From NCBI RefSeq assembly GCF_000186885.1, contig NC_014972.1, positions 3,630,001 through 3,662,000 on the forward strand: DNA of 32,000 nt, in the 5' to 3' direction. The position numbers and the translations under genes are program-made. Below, piece after piece: positions 1 to 12,946 of this stretch. The first letter of the stretch is position 1; each line of letters starts with the position of its first letter. The DNA is from Desulfobulbus propionicus DSM 2032 (GTDB lineage: Bacteria > Desulfobacterota > Desulfobulbia > Desulfobulbales > Desulfobulbaceae). The notes beneath the pieces were generated by a model, which saw nothing but the letters and a program-made list of their open reading frames with translations, was not told the origin of the DNA and did not search any database.

Positions 1-154
1 AGCAGCCCGAGGCGTCAAGCTCCTGCACGTCGGGAGGCACGGGCTGGTCCGGCGCGCCGATGCGGCCGTCGATCACCAGCAGGTCGGCGATTTCGTCTCG
101 TGAGTTGGCCGGATCGATAATCCGGCCGTTGCGTATGCGCCAGGTCGTGTTCAT
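1..154 (-). CDS. pyrC: Dihydroorotase, N-terminal part (runs off left edge)
   Basis: Reverse-strand frame from ATG at 154 reads MNTTWRIRNGRIIDPANSRDEIADLLVIDGRIG..., typical of the dihydroorotase/amidohydrolase N-terminus, directly downstream of pyrB. Confidence 0.8.
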   Translation of the reverse strand, partial: MNTTWRIRNGRIIDPANSRDEIADLLVIDGRIGAPDQPVPPDVQELDASGC

Positions 155-212
155 CGGCAACAGGCCTCGGAAAAACGGAAAGGAAGAAAGGATCGGAGCA
201 GCGGCCGGGCCA

Positions 213-1145
213 TCAGGAATTGCCCATGACCAGATACAGCAAGGCCATGCGTACCGCCACGCCGTTGGTCACCTGATCAAGGATCACCGATTGGGGTCCG
301 TCGGCCACGTCGGGATTGAGTTCCACCCCTCGGTTGACCGGACCGGGATGCATCACCAGGGCATCCGCCTTGGCCAGGGACAGAACCTGGCGGGAAATAC
401 CGAACTGTCGCGAATACTCGCGCAGGGAGGGCAGCAGCGGATCGTTCTGCCGTTCGCGCTGGATGCGCAGGGCCATGACCACGTCGGCACCGCGAACCGC
501 CTCTTCGAGCGAGGTGCAGACCTTGGCCCCCAGATGCTCGATGCCTTGGGGAATCAAGGTCCTGGGGCCGTAGAGGTGCACCTCCGAGCCCATGCGGGTG
601 AAGCCGACGATGTCGGACCGGGCTACCCGGCTGTGGGTGATGTCGCCAATGATGGCGATTTTCAGACCGCTCAGGGTGCCCCGGCGCTCCTTGACGGTCA
701 TCATGTCCAGCAACCCCTGGGAGGGATGCTCATGGGCGCCGTCGCCGGCGTTGATCACCGCCGCCCGCACGTGGCGGCTAAGCAGCAGCGGCGCCCCAGA
801 GCAGGCATGGCGGATGATGATGATGTCCGGATGCATGGCCGAGATGTTGCGGGCGGTGTCGGCCAGGGTTTCCCCCTTGGTGGTGCTGCTGGTCGAGGGA
901 CTGATATTGAAGGTATCAGCGCTCATCCGCTTGGCCGCCACCTCGAACGAGAGGCGGGTGCGGGTCGAGGGCTCGAAGAAGAGGTTGATGATCGTGTGGC
1001 CGCGCAGGGTCGGCACCTTCTTGATCGGCCGGGCCGAGATCTCCTTGAACGAGTCGGCGGTGGTGAGGATATGACTGATATCCTCGCGGGACAGCTGTTC
1101 AATACCCAGGATGTGGCGGTGCAGGAAAGAGTAGCCGGTTGCCAT
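213..1145 (-). CDS. pyrB: Aspartate carbamoyltransferase catalytic subunit
   Basis: ORF protein from [18 protein letters not shown]; carbamoyl-phosphate motif [24 protein letters not shown] and [10 protein letters not shown]. Start placed at internal Met (1145), not the ORF-track start 1241. Confidence 0.95.
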   Translation of the reverse strand: MATGYSFLHRHILGIEQLSREDISHILTTADSFKEISARPIKKVPTLRGHTIINLFFEPSTRTRLSFEVAAKRMSADTFNISPSTSSTTKGETLADTARNISAMHPDIIIIRHACSGAPLLLSRHVRAAVINAGDGAHEHPSQGLLDMMTVKERRGTLSGLKIAIIGDITHSRVARSDIVGFTRMGSEVHLYGPRTLIPQGIEHLGAKVCTSLEEAVRGADVVMALRIQRERQNDPLLPSLREYSRQFGISRQVLSLAKADALVMHPGPVNRGVELNPDVADGPQSVILDQVTNGVAVRMALLYLVMGNS

Positions 1146-1159
1146 GCTGCCTCCAGCGG

Positions 1160-1882
1160 TCAATGAACGATATCGCCAAGCCGACTCCAGCGGATGGAAC
1201 GAAGCCGGTCCAATGAAAACAGGGACTGCTGCACATCCCACGACCAGTAGATCATCCAGGCCTTGCCGCGAACCGCCTTGAGATCGACAAAGCCCCAGAA
1301 ACGGCCGTCAAAGGAGTTGTCCCGGTTGTCGCCCATGGCGAAGATCTTGCCTGCGGGCACCGTGACCGGACCGAAATTGTCACGCGGATCAAGGCTGGCG
1401 GGGTGAACCAACGGGTCGAGGAACACCCCGTGACGGTCGTCGAACGGCTTGCCGTTGATGAAGATTTTCTTGTCGCGGATCTCGACCGTGTCCCCACCCA
1501 CCGCGATCACCCGCTTGATATAGTCGAGCGACGGATCTCGGGGAAATTGGAACACCACGATGTCGTTGGCCTTGGGCGTGCTGATCGGAATGAGGGTGGT
1601 TCCGGTGAACGGCATCTTGATACCGTAGATGAACTTGCTGACCAGGATGTGGTCACCGATCTGCAGGGTCGGCAGCATCGACCCCGAGGGGATTTTGAAC
1701 GCCTGGATGACGAAGGTGCGGATCACCAGGGCGAGGACAACGGCGATGATGATGGCCTCGATGTTTTCCCGGATCGCGGATTTCTTGGGCTGTTGGGGGG
1801 TATCTGCCACGAATGTGCCTGTAAGTAGAGAGCAAAGTTGAAAAATTTTGCCAAGGCTACCCGATGGGCCGATAAAATTCAA
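1160..1882 (-). CDS. lepB: Signal peptidase I (start uncertain; a GTG near 1810 is an alternative)
   Basis: N-terminal TM segment then [10 protein letters not shown] (catalytic Ser box), [12 protein letters not shown] (catalytic Lys box) and [17 protein letters not shown]. Confidence 0.93.
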   Translation of the reverse strand: MNFIGPSGSLGKIFQLCSLLTGTFVADTPQQPKKSAIRENIEAIIIAVVLALVIRTFVIQAFKIPSGSMLPTLQIGDHILVSKFIYGIKMPFTGTTLIPISTPKANDIVVFQFPRDPSLDYIKRVIAVGGDTVEIRDKKIFINGKPFDDRHGVFLDPLVHPASLDPRDNFGPVTVPAGKIFAMGDNRDNSFDGRFWGFVDLKAVRGKAWMIYWSWDVQQSLFSLDRLRSIRWSRLGDIVH

Positions 1883-2003
1883 GCAGGTTTTGCCGGGAAT
1901 CTCCGGTGAATATCCCTAGGGCTTCGCCCCAATTCGGGTATACTGTGGGTATTTGAAACAAGACCGGTAGCTTGACCTTTCCCTCATCCTCCAAGGAGTG
2001 ACC

Positions 2004-3887
2004 ATGCGGCGTGGAGTAAAAACAATGGCCTTTGGATTGACCCTTTTCCTCGCCGGCTGCGGCGATCAACCGGAACAACAGGTTGTCGGTACCCCAGGCG
2101 GCGTCGCGGAGCCCATCGAACTGACCCTGCTGCACCTCAATGACCATCATTCGCATCTCGACCCGGAAAAGATCACCCTGCAACTGGACGCCGGCCGCGG
2201 CCGCGAGGCGATCACCGTGGAACGGGGGGGCTTTCCCCGGGTGGTGGCTGCCTTCAAGGAGTTGGCGCGGCAATCCGACCAGGTGATCAAGATCCACAGC
2301 GGCGATGCCAGCACCGGCGATCTCTACTCGCTGCTCAACAACGGCAAGGCCGATGCCGAGCTGATGAACACCATCTGTTTCGACACCTTTACCCTGGGCA
2401 ATCACGAATTCGACAACTCCGACGCAGGTGTCAAGCACTTCATGGACGTTCTCCATGACGGAACCTGCGCCACGCCGCTGCTGAGCGCCAATGTCCGCTT
2501 CGGCCCCAGCTCGCCCCTGTACGGCGCGCAAGCGCCGGAAGCGATTCTGCCTTCGGTGGTCCTGGAACGGGGCGGCCAGAAAATCGGCGTCATCGGCCTG
2601 ACCGTGGCCAGCAAGACCAAGCACTCTTCCCGGCCGAATGCGGACACCACCTTCATCGACGAGGCCGAAGCCGCCCAGGCGGAAATCGACCGCCTCCAGG
2701 CCCAGGGCATCAACAAGATCATCCTTGCCACCCACATCGGCTACCGCGCCGATCAGGCCCTGGTGAAGAAACTCAGCGGGGTGGACGTGGTGGTGGGTGG
2801 CGATTCCCACTCCCTGCTCGGTCCGGAGTCCTTGAGCGCCTACGGCCTCTCGCCCGAAGGCCCGTATCCCACCCGGAGCACGGACAAGGACGGCAAGCCG
2901 GTGTGCATTGTCCAGGCGTGGCAGTATGGTTCGGTGGTGGGGGAGTTGCGGGTGCGGTTTGACGCCCGGGGCGAGGTCAGTGCGTGTGCGGGCACGCCTT
3001 GGGTGCTGCTCGGCGACCAATTCAGCCGCCCCGAACAGGGACCGCTGACCGCTGCGGAAACCGCTGCCGTCCGGACCGACCTGGCTCGCGGCCAAGTGCT
3101 GCGGCTCACCCTGCCCGACCCCCAGGCCACGGCCCTGCTCGCGCCGTACAAAGAGCAGAAGGAAACCATGGGGAACATCGTGGTGGCCACGGCCCCGGAC
3201 AACCTCTGTCTGCGCCGCGTTCCGGGGAGCAAGCGCGACACGTCGCGCTCATCCCTGGGCGATGTCTGCAACAAGAGCGAGCGGGTCAACAAGCATGGCG
3301 GCGACATCCAGCAGGTGGTGGCCGAGGCTTTCCTCCAGCAGGGCAAGACCTTTTTCGGCGCCGATCTCTCCATCCAGAACGGCGGCGGCGTTCGGGTCGA
3401 TCTGACCAAAGGACCTATCACGGTCAAGGACGTGTACACGGTGCTGCCGTTCAACAACACCCTGGTGCAGCTCAATGCCACCGGCCAGGAGATCAAGAAC
3501 GCCCTGGAGGATGCGATCGACGGCGTGGTCGGTCCAACGAACAACACCGGCTGTTACCCCTATACCGGCGGCCTGCGCTGGCGGCTGGATCTGAACAAGC
3601 CCAAAGGCGCGCGTCTCTCCCATCTGGAGATTCGGACCACAGCCGGCGGGTACCAACCCTTTGATCTCGACAGAACCTACAAGGTGGCTACCATCTCTTT
3701 CCTCGCCGACGGCAACGACTCGTTCACCGCACTGAAACAGATCACCGGTGAACGGCGCATCGATGTCGGTCTCGATTATGCCGAGGCCTTTTTGCAGTAC
3801 CTCAAGAACCTGCCCGGCAACAACAAGGTGCTGGCGCCGTTGCCGCTGGCGGACTACAGCACCCAGCAATTCACCGACACCCCGTAA
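2004..3887 (+). CDS. Exported 5'-nucleotidase/2',3'-cyclic phosphodiesterase family lipoprotein (UshA-like)
   Basis: Lipobox-like LTLFLAGCG; metallophosphatase motifs LLHLNDHHSHLD, GDASTGDLYS, LGNHEFDNS and GGDSHSL; C-terminal nucleotide-binding domain with NGGGVR and ADGNDSF. Confidence 0.88.
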   Translation: MRRGVKTMAFGLTLFLAGCGDQPEQQVVGTPGGVAEPIELTLLHLNDHHSHLDPEKITLQLDAGRGREAITVERGGFPRVVAAFKELARQSDQVIKIHSGDASTGDLYSLLNNGKADAELMNTICFDTFTLGNHEFDNSDAGVKHFMDVLHDGTCATPLLSANVRFGPSSPLYGAQAPEAILPSVVLERGGQKIGVIGLTVASKTKHSSRPNADTTFIDEAEAAQAEIDRLQAQGINKIILATHIGYRADQALVKKLSGVDVVVGGDSHSLLGPESLSAYGLSPEGPYPTRSTDKDGKPVCIVQAWQYGSVVGELRVRFDARGEVSACAGTPWVLLGDQFSRPEQGPLTAAETAAVRTDLARGQVLRLTLPDPQATALLAPYKEQKETMGNIVVATAPDNLCLRRVPGSKRDTSRSSLGDVCNKSERVNKHGGDIQQVVAEAFLQQGKTFFGADLSIQNGGGVRVDLTKGPITVKDVYTVLPFNNTLVQLNATGQEIKNALEDAIDGVVGPTNNTGCYPYTGGLRWRLDLNKPKGARLSHLEIRTTAGGYQPFDLDRTYKVATISFLADGNDSFTALKQITGERRIDVGLDYAEAFLQYLKNLPGNNKVLAPLPLADYSTQQFTDTP

Positions 3888-4118
3888 TCGTGCCGGCGGC
3901 GCAAGGGGAAGACAGGGGGCGCCCGCACGGCGCTCTTTGCTCCCCGGCGCCACCTCAAGCACAGGGAGCACAACCGGCCGCTCCCCGTGGGGGGACGAGA
4001 GACAACGATCCTGAAACAGCGAACATCGTTTGGATGCGCAGGACAAGCCGTGCCATCCTTTCGCGAGCCGCACCTTTCATCTTTTGACACCGCCAGGCGT
4101 GCTGCTTATTTTCTGTGC

Positions 4119-4397
4119 ATGGAAAAGCAGAAAAGCCGTTTCGACATCGGTGTGTATCTGTTTTACGGCGCTGCCATTGCTGGCCTGTTTGCCGCCCTGT
4201 GGCGGGCGACCGACTTCTTTACCGCGGTTGCCGCAGTTCAGTTCTTTGGCCCGATCATCATCCTGCTCTGCATCGGACCCAGCATGTTCTGTGGAGAGCT
4301 GATCGACGCCGTGGCCAAGCTGTGGACCGAGCGGTTCAAGCACCAGGAACCACCGGACACCCCGGCCGCCGGAGACCACGCCCACACCACCGCCTGA
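4119..4397 (+). CDS. Small membrane protein, unknown function
   Basis: MEKQKSRFDIGVYLFYGAAIAGLFAALWRATDFFTAVAAVQFFGPIIILLCIGPSMF...; two hydrophobic segments and a plausible Met start. Confidence 0.5.
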   Translation: MEKQKSRFDIGVYLFYGAAIAGLFAALWRATDFFTAVAAVQFFGPIIILLCIGPSMFCGELIDAVAKLWTERFKHQEPPDTPAAGDHAHTTA

Positions 4398-4591
4398 GCC
4401 TGAACGACCGCCATGGTCAGTCACTGGCAGGCCACCCGCAGAGCGGGGTCGACATATTGTGTCCCCTGCCCTTACCCACCAACCCAGCGTAATCCAACAA
4501 AAATATCAACCGAGCAATCCCGCCAGCGCAAAGCGTTGAACAGGATAGACCCTGTTTGGCGCCAGGACGTTTCGGTATCGCGCGGCATGAA

Positions 4592-4625
4592 AAAACAGAA
4601 GGGGCAACGGAATCCGTTGCCCCCC
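4592..4625 (-). terminator. Rho-independent terminator of secB
   Basis: 10-bp perfect stem 4601-4610 (GGGGCAACGG) / 4614-4623 (CCGTTGCCCC), loop of 3; read on the minus strand it is followed by TTCTGTTTTTT just downstream of the secB stop. Confidence 0.75.
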
Positions 4626-4662
4626 TTTGCATTGCACCTGTGCGGACCCACTCAGTCGGGCA

Positions 4663-5127
4663 TCACGCATCCTTGTTCTGGCGCTGGGCGTTGTCGTAGA
4701 GGGCGATGAAGTTGATCGGCTCCATCAAGAAGGGCATGAAGCCGCCGTCCACCGCGGCCTGACAGACGATCTGGCGGGTGAAGGGGAAGAGCATCAGCGG
4801 GCAGTCGACCGCCAGAACGCGCTCGTGGTGCTCCTGGGGAATGTTCTTCATCAGGAACACGGCCGCGTGCTCGATCTCGACGATGAACATTACCGAATCC
4901 TCGTTGTTCTTATCCAATACCTTGGCGGTGATGGCGATGGAAACCTCGCTGTGGTCGTCGTCGAGCTTCTGGTTCTTCAGCTGCAGGTTGAAGTCCACCT
5001 TAGGATCCTGATTGCGCACCAGGAAGACCTTGGGGGCATTGGGGCTCTCAAAGGAAAAATCCTTGATGTACATCTTCTGCATGCGAAAAACCGGGATGTC
5101 CTGCTGTTCGGGGGTCTGGTCTGCCAT
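4663..5127 (-). CDS. secB: Protein-export chaperone SecB
   Basis: IPVFRMQKMYIKDFSFESPNAP and LFPFTRQIVCQAAVDGGFMPFLMEPINFIALY are characteristic SecB segments. Confidence 0.95.
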   Translation of the reverse strand: MADQTPEQQDIPVFRMQKMYIKDFSFESPNAPKVFLVRNQDPKVDFNLQLKNQKLDDDHSEVSIAITAKVLDKNNEDSVMFIVEIEHAAVFLMKNIPQEHHERVLAVDCPLMLFPFTRQIVCQAAVDGGFMPFLMEPINFIALYDNAQRQNKDA

Positions 5128-5246
5128 GATCTGTCCTTGTGGGATGAAGTCAATAAAAACCGGCGTCAGGAGTCTGCGCCGGTCAGATGGTCCGTTCGGG
5201 GGTCATCGTACCAGGGGTTGGACCGGGAACACAATCAAAAAACCGG

Positions 5247-8084
<2,838 letters not shown>

Positions 8085-8283
8085 AACAAGTACTCTGCGG
8101 GGAAAGGAGGCCGGGAGCAGGCTGGAGCACCGCACAAAACGGCCTCGATCTGTGTTCGTCGCCGGGCTTGCCGCTGCGAGCGCTCAAGAGACAATTTCGT
8201 TTACCATGGCCCCGGCCTATGGTAGATTGCCGCACAAATTGTAGCCACGATCACCCAACAATCAATACTGGAAAGATTTCACC

Positions 8284-9159
8284 ATGTATTTTCAGGACAT
8301 CATCGCCACCTTGAACAGCTACTGGGCATCCGCGGGCTGCGTTGTCATGCAGCCCTATGACATGGAAGTCGGCGCCGGCACCTTTCATCCCGCCACCCTG
8401 CTCCGCGCCCTGGGGCCCGAGCCGTGGAAGGCCGCCTATGTCCAGCCCTCGCGCCGTCCCACCGATGGCCGCTATGGCGAGAACCCCAACCGGCTGCAAC
8501 ACTACTATCAGTACCAGGTGGTGATCAAACCCTCGCCCAAGGATGTGCAGGCCATGTACCTGGAGAGCCTGGAACGGTTCGGCCTCAATCTGCTCGAACA
8601 CGACATCCGCTTTGTCGAGGACGATTGGGAATCCCCGACCCTGGGGGCCTGGGGGCTGGGTTGGGAGGTGTGGCTCGACGGCATGGAGATCACCCAATTC
8701 ACCTACTTTCAGCAGGCCGGTTCGGTGGACCTCAAACCGATCACCGTGGAGATTACTTATGGTCTGGAGCGGATCGCCATGTATCTGCAGAAGGTGGATT
8801 CGGTCTACGACATTGCCTGGAACGAGCATGTGACCTACGGCGAGATCTTTCACCAGGCGGAAAAAGAGTTCTCGGCCTTCAACTTCGAGGAGGCCAATGT
8901 CGCCGACCTGACCGTGGCCTTTGACAACTACGAGCGCGAGGCCCTGAAACTGGTGGACAAGGGATTGATCCTGCCTGGCTACGACTACTGCCTCAAATGC
9001 TCGCACACCTTCAACCTGCTCGATGCCCGCAAGGCCATCAGCGTAGCCGAAAGAACACGCTATATCGGCCGGATACGCAACATCGCCCGCCAGGTGGCCC
9101 AGCGCTACGTCGAGCAGCGCGCGGCCATGGGGCATCCTTTGCTCAAGGCAACGGTCTAG
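8284..9159 (+). CDS. glyQ: Glycyl-tRNA synthetase alpha subunit
   Basis: [85 protein letters not shown] is diagnostic for GlyQ. Confidence 0.97.
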   Translation: MYFQDIIATLNSYWASAGCVVMQPYDMEVGAGTFHPATLLRALGPEPWKAAYVQPSRRPTDGRYGENPNRLQHYYQYQVVIKPSPKDVQAMYLESLERFGLNLLEHDIRFVEDDWESPTLGAWGLGWEVWLDGMEITQFTYFQQAGSVDLKPITVEITYGLERIAMYLQKVDSVYDIAWNEHVTYGEIFHQAEKEFSAFNFEEANVADLTVAFDNYEREALKLVDKGLILPGYDYCLKCSHTFNLLDARKAISVAERTRYIGRIRNIARQVAQRYVEQRAAMGHPLLKATV

Positions 9160-9812
9160 GCGAAACACAACAAGGGAAAAAGCAGCTCGGCGGGCAGCGA
9201 AAAAAACCGGACCAAGCGAAAAAATATCTGGCCTTTCAGAGTATTTTAAAGTAGATAAAATTCGGTTCGTAGTTGAGCATCTTCCCTTTTTATCCTGGGC
9301 TCAGGCACAGCAGTTCGAGTATCTGTGGTACATATCTTCTCCCCACAATCTTCCACACCATCCTCCTTCGAACGTCTTCATTGTGCCTGCTGTTGTTCCC
9401 TTTCCATGGGGTGTGCCCACTGAATGAACGGTTCCAACGGTCACATCGTTGTCTCCTTCCCGGCCCGCAATGGCCTTGACCGTTTGCTGCTTCCCCTGCG
9501 TTCCCCGATTTCCCCCCAGTCTTTGAAGACAGCTACAACACCCCCGTGGCGTGAAACCGCCCCGGTGGATGACGGTTGTCCTCATTTCTTGGATCATCGA
9601 CCCGTTGTCCCTTGCCGCCCTTTCTTTGCCCGGAGTTGATACCAAGTGACACCTTTTTTTCCCTCGTTGTCCAATCATTTTTCATTCATCCTGTGCAGGT
9701 TGGCGCGTGCTTTCTCTGCGTCAGCGGTTCACCCCTCCAAGGTGAAGCAAGAAACCGCCGCCTTCGGCGATTGGCTCTGGGAAGCGCATGACTTTTTTAG
9801 GGTTTTGCCAAC

Positions 9813-9850
9813 ACCTCCCGCTCGGTCCCGCATGCACCGTGGCAGGAGGT
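9813..9850 (+). promoter_or_regulatory. Foldable element upstream of the cold-shock gene (possible 5' leader or small RNA)
   Basis: ACCTCC (9813-9818) pairs with GGAGGT (9845-9850); inner CGGT (9823-9826) pairs with ACCG (9836-9839). A TATAAA box follows at 9858-9863. Confidence 0.3.
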
Positions 9851-9929
9851 AGTAAGGTATAAACCCGCATTTGAAAAAGGCCCGTAACCGGGTCAGCTTG
9901 TTAGGTCGTAGACACAAGGAGGAACGGCA

Positions 9930-10130
9930 ATGGCAGAGGGAACAGTTAAATGGTTCAACGATTCCAAAGGGTTTGGATTTATTCAGCAGGATGGTGGCAA
10001 GGATGTGTTCGTCCACTATTCGGCGATCCAGGGCCAGGGATTCAAATCCTTGAAAGAGGGAGAACGGGTGAAATTCGAGGTGGTCAGCGGCGCCAAGGGG
10101 CCGGCTGCTGAAAACGTGACCAAACTTTGA
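9930..10130 (+). CDS. cspA: Cold-shock domain protein (CspA family)
   Basis: [51 protein letters not shown] with RNP1/RNP2 motifs; AAGGAGG ribosome-binding site just upstream. Confidence 0.95.
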   Translation: MAEGTVKWFNDSKGFGFIQQDGGKDVFVHYSAIQGQGFKSLKEGERVKFEVVSGAKGPAAENVTKL

Positions 10131-10147
10131 TCACCCACGTCGATGCC

Positions 10148-10184
10148 GCGCACGCCGCTTTGTCTTGGACAAAGCGGCGTGCGC
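10148..10184 (+). terminator. 17-bp perfect hairpin downstream of the cold-shock gene (no clear U-tract)
   Basis: GCGCACGCCGCTTTGTC (10148-10164), TTG loop, GACAAAGCGGCGTGCGC (10168-10184). Confidence 0.55.
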
Positions 10185-10417
10185 CGTTCGTTGCCCAATC
10201 CCCTCGCCTTCGCCCCGCCGCCAACGGTTTGGCGTGAGCACCTCTCTCTATCGTCTGCCCCCTTCCCGTCGTCTTCCTTGCGGTCAATGAACCGCTCGAC
10301 ACGTTCCCTTCGTTTTTTTCCTCGATCCAGCTGGTAAACAGGTACGCGCTACACGGAACGCCTCCTGTGCCGGCCTCTGCTACGGCCGACAAGCACAACA
10401 AGGCCGTTCCCTGACTC

Positions 10418-11629
10418 CTATTCGTGGCTGATCGACATCGCACTGCCGGAAGTCGCGTCTCCTTGATTCGGCGGCAACCATCGAATGCCCAGTAGCAGCA
10501 ATCCCGCCACAAGCGTTGCGGCGGCAAGGGTGAGAAAGAGGACCGTGTAGCCGAATCGGTCCAGCAGCAACCCGCCGATACAGGGACCGAGAAAAAACCC
10601 GCCCTGCATCATCACAACGAGCAGGTTCTGGTTCATGGCCCGATGGGCCGGCGGGGAAAGGTCGAACATGGCGGCCGCCTGCAGGGGCATGGCGATTCCC
10701 CAGCCCAAGCCGGAAAATCCCGCCAGGAGCGCCAACCCCGGACTGGAGGCGCACAGAGGGAGCAGCGCGTAACAGACACTCGCCAGCACCAACCCAGCGG
10801 CACAGAGCTGTACCTTGTGGCAGCGGTCGAACAACCAGCTGCCCAACAACCGGACCGCGATCATCACCACTGTGGCCGTGGAGAAAAAGAGGCTGGTGTT
10901 GACAATACCCCGGCTGAGACCGAACTGTTTGAAATAAAAGAACAGCGTGGCGTAACCGGAAAAAAAGAGCAAGGTCGAGAGCAGCAGCGTCACCACGGCC
11001 GGCGAGCGCAGGCTGGCGGCCATGCCAGCCAATCCCGGGGGAGACGGTTTCTCTCCCCTTTCTGCGTGCCGGGCGGCCGGGAGCAGGAGCAGCAGTGGCG
11101 GCAGCAGCGCCACCACGGCGGCCGCGTGGAGCACGGCGGGGAATGACGCGGCCTGGATGGCGCGCAGATCAAACAGAAAGGGGATGAGTGCATACGGGAG
11201 CAAGCGAACCAGCGAAACCCAGCCAAAGGCCCGGCCGCTCATTGCCGGGGGAATACAGCCGACCAGCAGGGCCATCAGGGCCGACAGCATACAGATGAAC
11301 CCGCCACCTTGGAACAGCCGGGCCACGACCAGCAACGGCACCGAGGTGACCTGGGACAGCAGCGCGAGTGCCATCGACAGCAGCAGCGAACCGACGACGA
11401 GCCAGCGACGGGCGTTGGCAGAGTGGACCACGGGCGCGATCAATGGCTGGATGACCAAGGCGGCCAGGGCATCGGCACTGAGGATGAAGCCCGCGCTTGC
11501 CGGGCTCAGGCCCAGTAACTGGAGATAGCCGGAAAAGGCGAAAAACAGGGCGGCAATGGCCGTGACCAGGGCAAATTGGAGATTGATCGCCACAAACCCC
11601 GGAGAGATGAGCCCACGCCCCTCAGTCAC
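10418..11629 (-). CDS. Major facilitator superfamily transporter
   Basis: About 12 hydrophobic segments; GFILSADALAALVIQPLIAPVVHSANARRW matches the MFS loop 2-3 pattern; start overlaps the end of the preceding molybdenum hydroxylase subunit gene by 8 nt. Confidence 0.85.
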   Translation of the reverse strand: MTEGRGLISPGFVAINLQFALVTAIAALFFAFSGYLQLLGLSPASAGFILSADALAALVIQPLIAPVVHSANARRWLVVGSLLLSMALALLSQVTSVPLLVVARLFQGGGFICMLSALMALLVGCIPPAMSGRAFGWVSLVRLLPYALIPFLFDLRAIQAASFPAVLHAAAVVALLPPLLLLLPAARHAERGEKPSPPGLAGMAASLRSPAVVTLLLSTLLFFSGYATLFFYFKQFGLSRGIVNTSLFFSTATVVMIAVRLLGSWLFDRCHKVQLCAAGLVLASVCYALLPLCASSPGLALLAGFSGLGWGIAMPLQAAAMFDLSPPAHRAMNQNLLVVMMQGGFFLGPCIGGLLLDRFGYTVLFLTLAAATLVAGLLLLGIRWLPPNQGDATSGSAMSISHE

Positions 11630-12470
11630 CCAAGGCCTCCACGAAGCGAACCGCTAGGTTGGCCGCCACCAGGCGGCGATATTCGGCCGAGGCGCGGAGA
11701 TCGCTGAGGGGCGAAACCCCTTGATGTACCGTTTGATGGATATGGCCGAGGGGTGCGCGGTCAACCCGAACACCAACCAGTTCCGCCTCCAACCCAGGCA
11801 GCCGGACCACCGTCGGCCCGACGCTGCCCCAGGCCATGCGAATATCGGCAATGACGCCTTCGTCGTCAAGTCGGGCCAGACCGGCAAAGCTGGTCACCGA
11901 GATGGCATGGGCCCTTCGACGACCGACCTTGACAAACCGCTCACGGGAAAAAGGCGGTGCCTTGGGCAGCAGGATGCGGGTGATGAGTTCCCCCTGTTGC
12001 CGTGCCGTCCGTCCGGGACCGTGGAGAAAGGCATCGAGCGGCAGCACCCGCCTGCCTGCGGGCGAGGCCAACTCGATTCGGGCATCATGCAGACACAGCG
12101 GTGGCAAGGAATCGCCCGCAGGCGAGGCGGTGGCGATATTGCCGCCGATGGTGGCCATGTTCCTGACGGCTGGGCCGCCGATGGTTCGGGCGGCTTGGGC
12201 CACCAGCGGCGCATGCCGCTCCACCAGCGGATCGGCGAGGATGCGGGCAAAGGGCGTGGCCGCGCCGATGGCCAGGAAAGATGAGTGCTCGGCCACGCCC
12301 TGCAGTTGCTCGATGCGGGCCAGGGAAAGCAAGGGAGGAGCGCTGCCCGGGTCCCTGGCGCGCAATCGGACCAAAAGGTCGGTGCCGCCCGCCAGCGGCA
12401 ACGCATCGGGATGCTCGGCCAGCAGATCCAGGGCCTGGTCCAGGCAGGTGGGGATCAGGACCGCGCTCAT
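11622..12470 (-). CDS. Molybdenum hydroxylase (xanthine dehydrogenase family) FAD-binding subunit
   Basis: LPLAGGTDLLVRLR and RTIGGPAVRNMATIGGNIATASPAGDSLPPL are CoxM/XdhB-type FAD motifs. Start at Met 12470, overlapping the upstream gene. Confidence 0.92.
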   Translation of the reverse strand: MSAVLIPTCLDQALDLLAEHPDALPLAGGTDLLVRLRARDPGSAPPLLSLARIEQLQGVAEHSSFLAIGAATPFARILADPLVERHAPLVAQAARTIGGPAVRNMATIGGNIATASPAGDSLPPLCLHDARIELASPAGRRVLPLDAFLHGPGRTARQQGELITRILLPKAPPFSRERFVKVGRRRAHAISVTSFAGLARLDDEGVIADIRMAWGSVGPTVVRLPGLEAELVGVRVDRAPLGHIHQTVHQGVSPLSDLRASAEYRRLVAANLAVRFVEALGD

Positions 12471-12946
12471 CGTTCCTCCCGGCAGCAGCGAATATCGCGG
12501 GCCGCTCGTTCGACCGCGTCGACGATTTTGGTGTAGCCGGTGCAACGGCAGAGGTTGCCGGACAATCCTTCACGAATGCAGTCACGATCCGGTGCGTTCT
12601 CCTGCCGGAGCAGGGCCAGGGCCGTCAGCTCCATGCCGGGAATGCAGAAGCCGCACTGAACCGCCCCCTCCTCGACAAAAGCCTGCTGGAGCAGCGCTCC
12701 TTCGGTCGTCGCCGCCACCCCTTCCACGGTGGTGACCCGGCAGCCTTCCAGCTGGGCCGCCACCATCAGGCAGGAGAGCCGCGTCTCACCGTTGACCAGG
12801 ACCGTGCAGGCACCGCACTCGCCGGTGCCGCAGCCTTCCTTGGTGCCGGTCATGCCCATATCCTCGCGTAGCAGATCCACCACCCGCCGATCAGGGGGGA
12901 CATCGATTGCAACCGGTGTCTCGTTCAGCGCAAACCGTACCTTCAT
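12467..12946 (-). CDS. Molybdenum hydroxylase 2x[2Fe-2S] subunit
   Basis: EGCGTGECGACTVLVNG, GAVQCGFCIPGM and SGNLCRCTGYTKIVDAV: all eight Fe-S cysteines in canonical spacing. Confidence 0.96.
   Translation of the reverse strand: MKVRFALNETPVAIDVPPDRRVVDLLREDMGMTGTKEGCGTGECGACTVLVNGETRLSCLMVAAQLEGCRVTTVEGVAATTEGALLQQAFVEEGAVQCGFCIPGMELTALALLRQENAPDRDCIREGLSGNLCRCTGYTKIVDAVERAARDIRCCREER

Noticed and set aside
1857-3095. 412-aa minus-strand ORF
   Set aside because: Shadow frame of the 5'-nucleotidase family gene.
9301-9678. 125-aa minus-strand ORF in the glyQ-cspA gap
   Set aside because: Low-complexity composition, no recognisable motif and no clear ribosome-binding site; treated as non-coding.
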